From contig OY969763.1 in assembly GCA_963702845.1 (NCBI GenBank), forward strand, positions 4,512,001 through 4,576,000: DNA of 64,000 nucleotides, written 5' to 3'. Within the stretch, counting starts at the first letter, position 1, and every line of letters begins with the position of its first letter. Below, one piece after another: positions 50,162 through 58,743 of the stretch. Under the pieces are notes generated by a model, which was not told the DNA's origin, searched no databases, and saw only the letters and a list, made by a program, of their open reading frames with translations. The stretch is from an uncultured Verrucomicrobiae bacterium. GTDB taxonomy: Bacteria > Verrucomicrobiota > Verrucomicrobiia > Limisphaerales > Palsa-1400. Both the position numbers and the translations under genes were made by a program.

Positions 50162-50576
50162 TTAGTTTTTTACTTTTCTCTTTGTAAACACGTCGTGAGC
50201 GCCGCTTTCTCCGTCTCTGATCGCAAGGTGCCACAGGGTTGGGTCGTCGTGGTCGGCTACCCAGTATAAAATTATTCCGCTCCAGGTGCCGCCGTTAAAG
50301 AGAACAACAGCGTTAGTGCGGATGTCTGCGCCTTCTGGTTTTACGTCGTGCAGAATTGTCGGCAGGGAATTCAATCCGCGCCTCTAAGCTTTTTGTCTTC
50401 GCCATGAGCTTGTTTGATTAGCTGGTCACAAGCGGCTGCGACGTTTGAGTAATATTGTTGGGTGCGGAAGCGGAAGGTAGATAACGGAAGCGATACGGGT
50501 CCAAGACGACAACGGTAACGAGCCAGAAGATGAAAAGTGCCGCAATAATTTTTAGAACGAACTTAATGAGCTTCAC
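50162..50576 (-). CDS. Membrane-anchored hypothetical protein, frameshifted
   Basis: GTG 50576 MKLIKFVLKIIAALFIFWLVTVVVLDP..., joins ORF 50162..50374 via frame changes. Confidence 0.5.
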
Positions 50577-50623
50577 CCGTCACCACGATGCGGGATGGCG
50601 TTCGTTTGCGGCAAGTCATTACT

Positions 50624-50727
50624 GGTAGGGCGCGTCACTCCGTGCGCGCCGTTTTCTGCGTTAGAATTTTGATCCGTGAACGTTTCTCGCCCCGCCCCTC
50701 GGCGCGCGTGGAGCGACGCGCCCTGCC
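50624..50727. repeat. REPIN downstream of RAYT
   Basis: ggtagggcgcgtcactccgtgcgcgccg ... cggcgcgcgtggagcgacgcgccctgcc. Confidence 0.88.
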
Positions 50728-50736
50728 TCTGGCATT

Positions 50737-51208
50737 CTACACGTTGAGGCGAGGTGGGGGACGGTCAGCGGCACGGTAGACCCAAGGCCAATCTTCGGGA
50801 CATGCGCAGAGGTTTTTGCGAATTGGGTTGCGCAGGATGTAGTCAATTTTTTCGCGCTCTTCGTGTTCGGTTCGTAAACGGTGATCGAAAAAATCGCGCT
50901 GCCATTGGATCGGTTGGTTCGTGGCCAGGTAGTGTTTCCAATTGCTTATTGTTTGTTTTATCCCGGTTTCGCGAGGGAAGGCAATGATGGCGTGCAGGTG
51001 GTCGGGCATGAGCAACATCAAACGGCAGTGCCATGCGAATTTTTGGTGATTGTGCGCCGCGGCCGCGAAGACGGCGGGACCGATGTCGGGTTGACAGAGT
51101 TGGTTTTGGCCGCGCGGGATGCAGTTTATTGTGATGAAGTAGAAGGAGCCTTCCGCGACCCATGAGGGCATTTCGTGTCCGAGGCGTCTCGCGTTGAGGG
51201 AACGACAT
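50737..51208 (-). CDS. REP-associated tyrosine transposase (RAYT, HUH/Y1)
   Basis: YFITIN, LMPDHLH (HUH), WQRDFFDH, YILRNP, WPW; likely start ATG 51208 with a one-base indel, or ATG 51171. Confidence 0.9.
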
Positions 51209-51250
51209 GGGAAAAACAAAGCAGGGCGAGATTGCGCAATCAATGCAAAA

Positions 51251-51352
51251 GGTAGGGCGCGCCGCTCCGCGCGCGCCGTTTTTTTCGTTAGATTTTGATT
51301 TGAACGGTTCGGTTGTCGAGGAACGGCGCGCGCAGAGCGATCGCGCCCTACC
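51251..51352. repeat. REPIN upstream of RAYT
   Basis: ggtagggcgcgccgctccgcgcgcgccg ... cggcgcgcgcagagcgatcgcgccctacc; spacer homologous to the 50652-50699 spacer. Confidence 0.88.
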
Positions 51353-51422
51353 TTAAGATGTTTCCGCGCGCTCGTCACCCGCAGCGAGCGCGCGGAACAA
51401 AAAATCATAGGGCGTTTTGCTT

Positions 51423-51487
51423 CTATAAACCGGTCACTCCTAGCGGAGTTTTGGGACGAAGTTTCGGACGACGTGGAAGTCGTCCCT
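51423..51487. repeat. Composite REP element
   Basis: ctataaaccggtcactcctagcggag plus ggacgacgtggaagtcgtccct. Confidence 0.75.
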
Positions 51488-51578
51488 TTTGGTTTCGTTC
51501 AGTGCCGGGCGCAGTCGGTCGAGGGGTCAGAAATATTCGTGCGTGGGATTTTCAAATGGGCGGCCATATATAGACAAG

Positions 51579-53321
51579 ATGATGACGATGACTGACGACA
51601 TGGAATTGGTGCGCGAATATGCCACCAGTCGATCCGAGGAGGCGTTTGCTACCTTGGTCTCTCGGCATGTCGATCTGGTTTACTCCGTCGCCCTGCGCCG
51701 CCTTCGCGATGTCCATCTGGCGGAAGAAGTGACCCAGGCCACTTTCGCGATCCTGGCCCGCAAGGCGGGAGCGCTGGGCCCGAAGACCGTTCTCTCCGCG
51801 TGGCTTTGCCGCACGGCTCAATACTCCGCCGCCGATGCCCTGAGAACTCTCTACCGCCGCCAAATCCGCGAACAGGAGGGATATATGCAATCTTTGTTGA
51901 ATGAACCGGAAAACGAAAACCCGTCCTGGAAAGAAATCGCCCCATTGCTTGACTCCGCCATGACCAGCCTGGGCGAGAAGGATCATTGCGCCATCGTGCT
52001 GCGTTTTTTTGAAGGCAAGGATTTGAAACAAGTGGGGGCCGCGTTGGGGGTCAACGAAAACGCGGCCAGCGCCCGGGTCGGCCGCGCGGTAGAGAAATTG
52101 CGCAGGTTTTTCAGCAAACAAGGCGTCGCCTTGTCGGCGACCGCGATCGCGGCGACGATCTCCGCTCATTCCGTCAAAGCCGCGCCCGCAGCGCTCGCCC
52201 AAACCGCGACTGCGACCGCGCTGGCCAAAAGCACAATGGTCGGCAGTTCCACTCTCGCGAAGGCCACTTTCCTTGCCATGAAAACAAAAACGGCCCTCGC
52301 AACCGCTGCCAGCGCCGCGCTCATTCTCGGCGCGGGCACGTATATGCTCGCTCAAGTGCAATCTCCGCTGCCTGCCGCGTCGCAAGTCGCGGTTCCCCAG
52401 CAATTCCCCAATGACGCTTTCTTCAATGCTTACCCTAAGAGCCCCTTCCTGGCTCACGTGGATCCCAATAACCGACGCACCCCCGACTCCGCACCTCCGA
52501 TCCACATCAAATATACCGGCTCCGCTAATCCTAAGCAGGCCGTCCGTGGTGGCTGCACCGGTAGTTGCGACGTTACCAACGGCTCGCCGTTGATGGGGAA
52601 ACGCGTTCGGGTGAGTAGTTGGATGAAAACCCGCGATGTCCAGGGATGGGCGGGGACAGGCTTGGTCATCATTGATAAAAACAAACGCCGGCGCGCCAGT
52701 GATTTTATGTTCGACCGGCCCATTCACGGCACGACGGAGTGGCAACAAATCGAATCTGTCACCGACGTCCCCAACGAACCTTGTGTCATTTATTTCGGGC
52801 AGGATCTTTACAGCCCCGGTGAAATCTGGAGCGACGATTTTCGAGTCGAAGTGGTTAGCGCCAACACGCCCATCACGGATAATCGGAAATGGGGTCTTTA
52901 TGACGGGGATCCTCTCAGCTTCTCCGAAACGCTCGATGACATTAATCCCCACGGCGGGCACCCCACTTATTGCCTCGCCACGCCGGGCGCTGTGCCACCC
53001 CGAGACCCAGCTCTCATTTGGGGGCAATCGTTCCGTAATCCCGACTTTGACAAATACAGAGGCCATACCGTGCGCATGACCGGATGGGTCAAGACCGAAC
53101 TCACTTCCGGGTATCTCGAACCTTTCATGGTACCCATCGGGAACGGCAAAATGCTTGGCGCAGGACACAGCCGACACTATGGCACCAAGGATTGGACCCC
53201 ATTCTCCAACATCCTCGTCGTCCCCAAAAAAGCCGAACATCTTAACGTCGGTTTTGCTTTCCATGGCACTGGCAAAGTTTGGATCGACAAGGAATCCGTC
53301 AAATTCGAAATCGTCAAATAG
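51579..53321 (+). CDS. ECF sigma factor fused to a TM segment and two galactose-binding-like extracytoplasmic domains
   Basis: DMELVREY, AFATLVSRH, AEEVTQATF, AIVLRFFEG, RAVEKLR; TM; two GKRVRVSSWMKT / GHTVRMTGWVKT...GTxxW domains. Confidence 0.88.
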   Translation: MMTMTDDMELVREYATSRSEEAFATLVSRHVDLVYSVALRRLRDVHLAEEVTQATFAILARKAGALGPKTVLSAWLCRTAQYSAADALRTLYRRQIREQEGYMQSLLNEPENENPSWKEIAPLLDSAMTSLGEKDHCAIVLRFFEGKDLKQVGAALGVNENAASARVGRAVEKLRRFFSKQGVALSATAIAATISAHSVKAAPAALAQTATATALAKSTMVGSSTLAKATFLAMKTKTALATAASAALILGAGTYMLAQVQSPLPAASQVAVPQQFPNDAFFNAYPKSPFLAHVDPNNRRTPDSAPPIHIKYTGSANPKQAVRGGCTGSCDVTNGSPLMGKRVRVSSWMKTRDVQGWAGTGLVIIDKNKRRRASDFMFDRPIHGTTEWQQIESVTDVPNEPCVIYFGQDLYSPGEIWSDDFRVEVVSANTPITDNRKWGLYDGDPLSFSETLDDINPHGGHPTYCLATPGAVPPRDPALIWGQSFRNPDFDKYRGHTVRMTGWVKTELTSGYLEPFMVPIGNGKMLGAGHSRHYGTKDWTPFSNILVVPKKAEHLNVGFAFHGTGKVWIDKESVKFEIVK

Positions 53322-53340
53322 ACAAAGAACTTAAAAACGT

Positions 53341-54162
53341 ATGGCGTGGACAAAAACAAAGAAAGCAGCGGTCATTAGCACGGTCGTATTGCTGGCAATT
53401 GCGGCCATGATCGTGTTCCTCAAAACCATGGCGGCGGCGCGCGAAAACGCACGAAGAAACGCCGTTGTGGCCAGGGCAAAGACAGGAACTCCCACCGATG
53501 CCCAAGCCGTTGCGCAAGCGTCGGAAAAATCGAAAATATTGATTTTTAGAGACATTCGTTCCTGGAATCGTCTGCAGGATTTTGAGGAAGCCTTGACTGC
53601 TCTCCACTTTAATTTTGACGTCAAACCGTCCACTGCCATCGCTGGCACCGATCTGTCGTCGTATGACGTGGTCATCATACCTGGAGGGCAATGGAATACC
53701 GGCCTTTACCGTGCCTGCGTTGCAAACGCGGACCGCTTCGAAAGCTACGTGTCCAATGGCGGCACTCTGGTGTACGAGTTAAACGGGGCCGAAGTGGAAG
53801 GTATCACTCTGCCCGGAGGTGTTAAAATGGTGCAGCACGGCGCGGTGGATAACGAACTACTGCTGCCGGACCATCCGATCCTTCTTCCGCTGGGCGGCAA
53901 ACCGATTCACGCAAACTTTGCCAGTCATGGTTATCTGGCGGGCGTGCCAAAAAACGCCATGATTCTTACGGTGGAGATGACCAATGGGACGCCCACCTTG
54001 GATCGTCCAACATTTATCGAATATCCTCTCGGCTCCGGACGGATCATCGCCGCGTGCCAATGCTTTCATAGTCAGGATCGGTCCAACCGCGGTCCGCTCA
54101 TGCCGGCTTTGCTTAGTTATGCCGCGGTCAAACAATGGTTTTCATCCGGAAGGATTCGTTGA
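53341..54162 (+). CDS. Membrane-anchored class I glutamine-amidotransferase-like fold protein starting MAWTK
   Basis: MAWTKTKKAAV plus TM; DLSSYDVVIIPGG, YVSNGGTLV, LGSGRII. Confidence 0.75.
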   Translation: MAWTKTKKAAVISTVVLLAIAAMIVFLKTMAAARENARRNAVVARAKTGTPTDAQAVAQASEKSKILIFRDIRSWNRLQDFEEALTALHFNFDVKPSTAIAGTDLSSYDVVIIPGGQWNTGLYRACVANADRFESYVSNGGTLVYELNGAEVEGITLPGGVKMVQHGAVDNELLLPDHPILLPLGGKPIHANFASHGYLAGVPKNAMILTVEMTNGTPTLDRPTFIEYPLGSGRIIAACQCFHSQDRSNRGPLMPALLSYAAVKQWFSSGRIR

Positions 54163-54233
54163 GGCTTTTTATAAAACCCGCGGACGTGGATTTTGTGCGA
54201 CGATTTCCGCAAGGAATACACCTGACAGAAGTC

Positions 54234-54268
54234 AAAAGCCCGAAGCATCCATTATGCTCCGGGCTTTT
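54234..54268. terminator. Bidirectional terminator-like hairpin
   Basis: aaaagcccgaagcat...atgctccgggctttt. Confidence 0.65.
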
Positions 54269-54283
54269 CGATTGAAAATAAAA

Positions 54284-54364
54284 CCTGACGGGTGCCTGCC
54301 GTCAGCCTGACGGCTGAATTGGCCCGCAACCCATTGACCACCAACATTCCTGACGGCCTGACGG
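54284..54364. repeat. Cluster of CCTGACGG octamers
   Basis: Exact copies at 54284, 54306, 54349 and 54357; inverted ccgtcag at 54299. Confidence 0.8.
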
Positions 54365-54453
54365 CTCTAACCCCCCGGTGGGGGTGGGTGTCTGCTAAAC
54401 TTTGCCGTCGCTACCGCAGCAAGCGCCCTACCCTGGATTAACTATGCGCTCGC

Positions 54454-55167
54454 TTATGGGCGGGCTTCGGCGTGATTTGCGGCTGATTTGGATTTCTTTT
54501 CGGGCGGCGCCAAGGTTCGGAAAGCTTTGATGGGCTCGGGTTCTTTGTAGTGGCGTTTCAGGCCGAGTTCGGTCAGCGCCTTTGATGGGGCGCGGGAGAT
54601 GAATTCGGGGAAGCTTCGTTCGACGCGGTCTTTTAAAAGTTTTTGGCCGGTCTTGGAGGCCCAGAAGTCTTCCTGGAGTTTGGTCAGTTTGATGCAGCCT
54701 TCGTCAGGGGTCAGGTTTTCATGACGGCCCAGGACCCAGACGAGCTCGGGATCGGAGGGAAGGCAGACGGGGAATGGGACGAATTTGAGCGGGACTTCCT
54801 GTTCTTCGTCGATCTCGCCGACCGGACGAACTTTGACGGTGCCTTGAAAGGTGTCTTCGCCGACGTTGACTTCGACTTTGAGCGATTCTTTTTCGGCGTC
54901 GGGCTTCACCGTCACTGCGCCTTTGCCGAAGGAGGTCTCAAATTGCTCTTTTACTTCGGAGATGGTGGCTGCTTTTAGGTCGGGCAGTTCGCATTTTTCG
55001 CAGAATTTTTCGAAGGAGGTGACTTTGGTTTTGGATTTCAGTTCCTCTACGCAGGCGCTGTAGACTTTGTCGGCCAGCTTGGGATCGGAAATGGTTTTGG
55101 GGAGAACTTTTTTGAGGAGTTCGAGGAGTTGCGCTTCTTTGTTAGTCGATTTCGGTTTGCTTGGCAT
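54454..55167 (-). CDS. Lys/Glu-rich hypothetical protein
   Basis: 237-aa ORF from MPSKPK; genome-like codon usage; FVPFPVCLPSDPELVW. Confidence 0.75.
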   Translation of the reverse strand: MPSKPKSTNKEAQLLELLKKVLPKTISDPKLADKVYSACVEELKSKTKVTSFEKFCEKCELPDLKAATISEVKEQFETSFGKGAVTVKPDAEKESLKVEVNVGEDTFQGTVKVRPVGEIDEEQEVPLKFVPFPVCLPSDPELVWVLGRHENLTPDEGCIKLTKLQEDFWASKTGQKLLKDRVERSFPEFISRAPSKALTELGLKRHYKEPEPIKAFRTLAPPEKKSKSAANHAEARP

Positions 55168-55313
55168 ATCTAAAAAATTCCTTGGGCGGTGTTTGTCGCA
55201 TTTTTTGGGGGTGGAGGGCAATCTGATTTCGCGAAAATCGCCGAAAGACGGCCTCGCAAGGATTAACCACCAAGACGCCAAGGCACCAAAAGTAAGGCGA
55301 GGATAAAAGGTAC

Positions 55314-55347
55314 AAAAAAGCAGCCTCGGCTTTTGGGCCGAGGCTGC
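55314..55347 (-). terminator. Intrinsic terminator of the mre/rne operon
   Basis: GCAGCCTCGGC/GCCGAGGCTGC 11-bp stem plus T6 on the minus strand. Confidence 0.85.
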
Positions 55348-55359
55348 TGCTGAGAGTTT

Positions 55360-55385
55360 GGGACGACGTGGAAGTCGTCCCTACC
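55360..55385 (-). repeat. GTAG-family REP
   Basis: Reverse complement ggtagggacgacttccacgtcgtccc. Confidence 0.8.
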
Positions 55386-55392
55386 AATTTAT

Positions 55393-57537
55393 TTAGGTGC
55401 CGACGCTTACTAGTTCTTCATTTGTCGCGACGTTCACGATCTTGAATTGTTCGGCGTGGAAACCGGGCTCCGGTCGGAATGAGAGTTTTCCGAAATAACG
55501 TTTTTCCATTTCGATGATGAGTTTTTCGTCTTCGGTGCGCAGTCGTTCCAGGACCGTCGGGTGGACGGCGATGCGGAGTTGGAAGTCGGACTCGTCACGG
55601 GAACGCTTCTTGAGGATTTCGTTCAGCTTGCGCTGGATTTCGACGCTCATGGTTTCGGTGCTCTTCACTTTGCCGCGGCCTTTGCAGTACGGGCAGTCGT
55701 CGTAGACGGCGCTGCGCACGCTTTCGCTGTGGCGTTGGCGAGTCATTTCCATCAGGCCCAATTGGCTGATGGGCAAGACGTGGGTTTTGGCTTTGTCGCG
55801 GCGCAAGCCTTCTTTGATGCGCTGATAGACCTGTTGTTGGTCGCGACGTTGCTTCATGTCGATGAAGTCGAGCACGATGAGACCGCCCATGTTGCGCAGG
55901 CGCAGTTGGCGGCAGATTTCTTCGGCGGCTTCGACGTTGACCTTGAGGATGGTGGATTCCTGGTCTTTGCTGCCTTTGTGACGGCCGGTGTTGACGTCGA
56001 TGGCGACGAGGGCTTCGGTTTCGTCGATGACGATGTAACCGCCGCTCTTGAGGTGGACCTGGCGCGAGAAGGCGGCTTCGAGTTGCTTGGTGATGTTGAA
56101 GCGGTCGAACACGGGTTGGTGATCGGCGTAAAGCTTCACTTTGTCAGCGGAACGCGGTGAGAATTTGCTGATGATGTCGCGCATGCGCTGGTGCGCTTGC
56201 GAACTGTCGACGACGATGCGTTCGACGTCTTCGGTGAGGAAGTCGCGGACGGCGCGTTCGATGAGGTCGGGTTCCTGGAAAACGCAGGTGGCCGAGGGCT
56301 GTTTCTTGATGTTGGCCTGGATCTCGTTCCATTGCTCAATGAGCATGGCGAGGTCGCGAATGAAGAAGGCTTTCTTTTGACCTTCGCCGGCAGTGCGCAT
56401 GATGACGCCCATGCCGTCGGGCAGATTGAACTCGCGCAGGATTTTCTTTAGACGCTGGCGTTCTTCCTGGTTTTCGATTTTGCGCGAAATACCACTTTGA
56501 TCGGAGTTCGGCAAGAGAACGAGGAAGCGTCCGGGCAGGACGACGTTGGTGGTAACGCGCGGGCCTTTGGTGCCGATGGGACCTTTGGTCACTTGGACGA
56601 TGATGTCGCTTCCGGGCGGGTAGAGTCGCGGGATGTCGCGCTGGGTAATGCGCGGACGATCGTTGCGACGCTTCTGGTTTTCGCGTTCGACGACTTCAAC
56701 AGCGCTGTCGAAGCTGGTCGGAACGATGTCCCAGTAGTGCAGGAACGCGTTCTTTTCGAAACCAATATCCACGAACGCGGCTTTGAGGCCGTCTTCGAGG
56801 TTGCGCACTTTGCCTTTGAAGATACTGCCAACGAGGCGTTCTTCGCCGGTGCGTTCGATGGTGAATTCTTCGAGCACACCTTTTTCAATGACGGCGACGC
56901 GCGTCTCGAGGGATTCAGCGTTGATGATGACTTCCTTCTCGGAAGGTTGCTTGCGCTTGATCAAACGATGGACGTGCTTGATGACTTTGGTGGCAACGTG
57001 TTTGATGCTGTCGACGAAGCCGGTGGGAGCTTTGTCCTTCAGCTCGACTGGCTGATATTCTTCTTCTTTAACTTCAGCCGGTGTTTCCAGATGTGGCTCG
57101 CGAAATTGGCGAGGACGACGGCCACCACCTCGGCCCTGACCTTGACCTTGACGTTGTTGACCGTGCTGGTGTTGGCCTTGGCGTGGGCCACGTTGGCCCT
57201 GACCTTCGCGCTGGCCTTGACCTTGTCCTTCGCGTTGACCTTCGCTTTGGCCTTGGGCTTGGATGTCTCCACCCTGTTCCATGCCTTCGTCAGAGCCTTC
57301 GTCGGATCTGGTGTCGGGCGGTAAACCGGCGGCGATGTTTTGGGCGCGTTCGATTTCCTGCTCGTGACGTTTGCGGTCGAAGAGGGATTCAGGGGCTTTT
57401 TGGCCCGTGACTTCTGCACGAGCGTCCGAGGCGCCCCGGTCGGGTTGTTGTTGTTGCTGCTGGCCTTGTTGGATGCCGCCTCGTGGGCGAAAACGCATTC
57501 CACCGCGACGGCGGCGTGAAAAATTTCTGTCACTCAT
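55393..57537 (-). CDS. Rne/Rng family ribonuclease with a long N-terminal disordered extension
   Basis: AAFVDIGFEKNAFL, VQVTKGPIGTKGPRVT, IDVNTG, RLRNMGGLIVLDFIDM, CPYCKG. Confidence 0.93.
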   Translation of the reverse strand: MSDRNFSRRRRGGMRFRPRGGIQQGQQQQQQPDRGASDARAEVTGQKAPESLFDRKRHEQEIERAQNIAAGLPPDTRSDEGSDEGMEQGGDIQAQGQSEGQREGQGQGQREGQGQRGPRQGQHQHGQQRQGQGQGRGGGRRPRQFREPHLETPAEVKEEEYQPVELKDKAPTGFVDSIKHVATKVIKHVHRLIKRKQPSEKEVIINAESLETRVAVIEKGVLEEFTIERTGEERLVGSIFKGKVRNLEDGLKAAFVDIGFEKNAFLHYWDIVPTSFDSAVEVVERENQKRRNDRPRITQRDIPRLYPPGSDIIVQVTKGPIGTKGPRVTTNVVLPGRFLVLLPNSDQSGISRKIENQEERQRLKKILREFNLPDGMGVIMRTAGEGQKKAFFIRDLAMLIEQWNEIQANIKKQPSATCVFQEPDLIERAVRDFLTEDVERIVVDSSQAHQRMRDIISKFSPRSADKVKLYADHQPVFDRFNITKQLEAAFSRQVHLKSGGYIVIDETEALVAIDVNTGRHKGSKDQESTILKVNVEAAEEICRQLRLRNMGGLIVLDFIDMKQRRDQQQVYQRIKEGLRRDKAKTHVLPISQLGLMEMTRQRHSESVRSAVYDDCPYCKGRGKVKSTETMSVEIQRKLNEILKKRSRDESDFQLRIAVHPTVLERLRTEDEKLIIEMEKRYFGKLSFRPEPGFHAEQFKIVNVATNEELVSVGT

Positions 57538-57540
57538 AAT

Positions 57541-58743
57541 TTAATAGGACCTCCGATGAATATGGATATTCAGCAAAATGCCAATGGCGATTAGCGAGCA
57601 AACCACAGAGGAGCCGCCATAACTTAGCAGCGGCAGTGGGATTCCCGTCACGGGCATCAGCCGAATGTTCATTCCGATGTTGATGAAGACGTGGGTGAAA
57701 AAAAGCATCACCACGCCCACGGCCATTAACTTGCCTAAGCGATCGCGCGCCTGGCTGGCCGTTTTGATGCCGCTGAAAAGGAGCACGGTATAAAGAGTCA
57801 GGACCGTGAGGCTCCCGACAAATCCTTCTTCTTCGCCAATGACGGAGAAGATGAAATCGTTATGTGCTCCTAATCGCGGCAGAAACCCCAGGGAATATTG
57901 CGTACCTTGACGCCATCCCTTGCCCCACAGACCTCCGGAACCAACCGAGATCAGTGACTGCTCGACGTTATAGGACTTCTCGTCTTGCAGTTTTTTCCAA
58001 GCTTTGCGCTCGTCGGGCGTGGCGGTGCGCGGTGCGTAATCGCGTCCGAAAAAGGTCAACAAACGTTGGCCTTTATAGGACGTTGCGATTTTCTCTTTGA
58101 TTGTATGCGGCGCGAAAAATACCGCCGCCACAAACAAGACCGCGACTAAACCAAGCCCTCCGAGCAGCTTGCCTAAATATCGTCTGGGCACTCCGGCCAC
58201 AAACATCATTCCCAAAGTTACTGGAATCAGCACGAGCGCCGAACCGAGGTCCGGTTCGCCCAAAATCATGGCAAACGGCAGTGCCGCCAGCCCAATTGAT
58301 TTCCAAAAAACATCAGCCATGCGTAATTCCTCCGCGGGGCGGCTCAGGTAGTTGGCCTGAACCAAGATAACCGCAATTTTGGCAAATTCCGAGGGCTGGA
58401 GATTGAACCCAGCCAGGTTGATCCAGCGGCGGGCGCCATTGACCGGAGGGAACAGGAACACGATTGCGAGAACGATTATGAGCGCCCAATAGAGCACCAT
58501 CGACCAGCGCGCGAGAACAATGTAGTCGATTGCGCAAAGCACGGCGGCTGCGGTCACGCCCATGACGCACCAAAAAATTTGGCGCAGCCAGCTTTGCTGA
58601 TACCACGCGGCGTTCCATTCGGATTCATGCACGGATGTGGCCGAAAAGACGAACGCCACGCCGGTGACCATCAGGCCCAGCGTAGCAATCAGCAACGGCC
58701 AATCGAGGTCGTTACCGTGTTCGTTTAGTTCAGCTTCGTACAT
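57541..58743 (-). CDS. rodA: Rod shape-determining SEDS protein RodA
   Basis: GARRWI, QPSEFAK, EPDLGSA, HNDFIFSVIGEE, PVTGIPLPLLSYGGSS; operon context. Confidence 0.93.
   Translation of the reverse strand: MYEAELNEHGNDLDWPLLIATLGLMVTGVAFVFSATSVHESEWNAAWYQQSWLRQIFWCVMGVTAAAVLCAIDYIVLARWSMVLYWALIIVLAIVFLFPPVNGARRWINLAGFNLQPSEFAKIAVILVQANYLSRPAEELRMADVFWKSIGLAALPFAMILGEPDLGSALVLIPVTLGMMFVAGVPRRYLGKLLGGLGLVAVLFVAAVFFAPHTIKEKIATSYKGQRLLTFFGRDYAPRTATPDERKAWKKLQDEKSYNVEQSLISVGSGGLWGKGWRQGTQYSLGFLPRLGAHNDFIFSVIGEEEGFVGSLTVLTLYTVLLFSGIKTASQARDRLGKLMAVGVVMLFFTHVFINIGMNIRLMPVTGIPLPLLSYGGSSVVCSLIAIGILLNIHIHRRSY

Noticed and set aside
51552..53264. 570-aa minus-strand ORF and other long antisense ORFs (e.g. 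618..1469, 8770..9732, 31549..32376, 56497..57324)
   Set aside because: Shadow frames of well-supported genes in GC-rich DNA; no protein motifs
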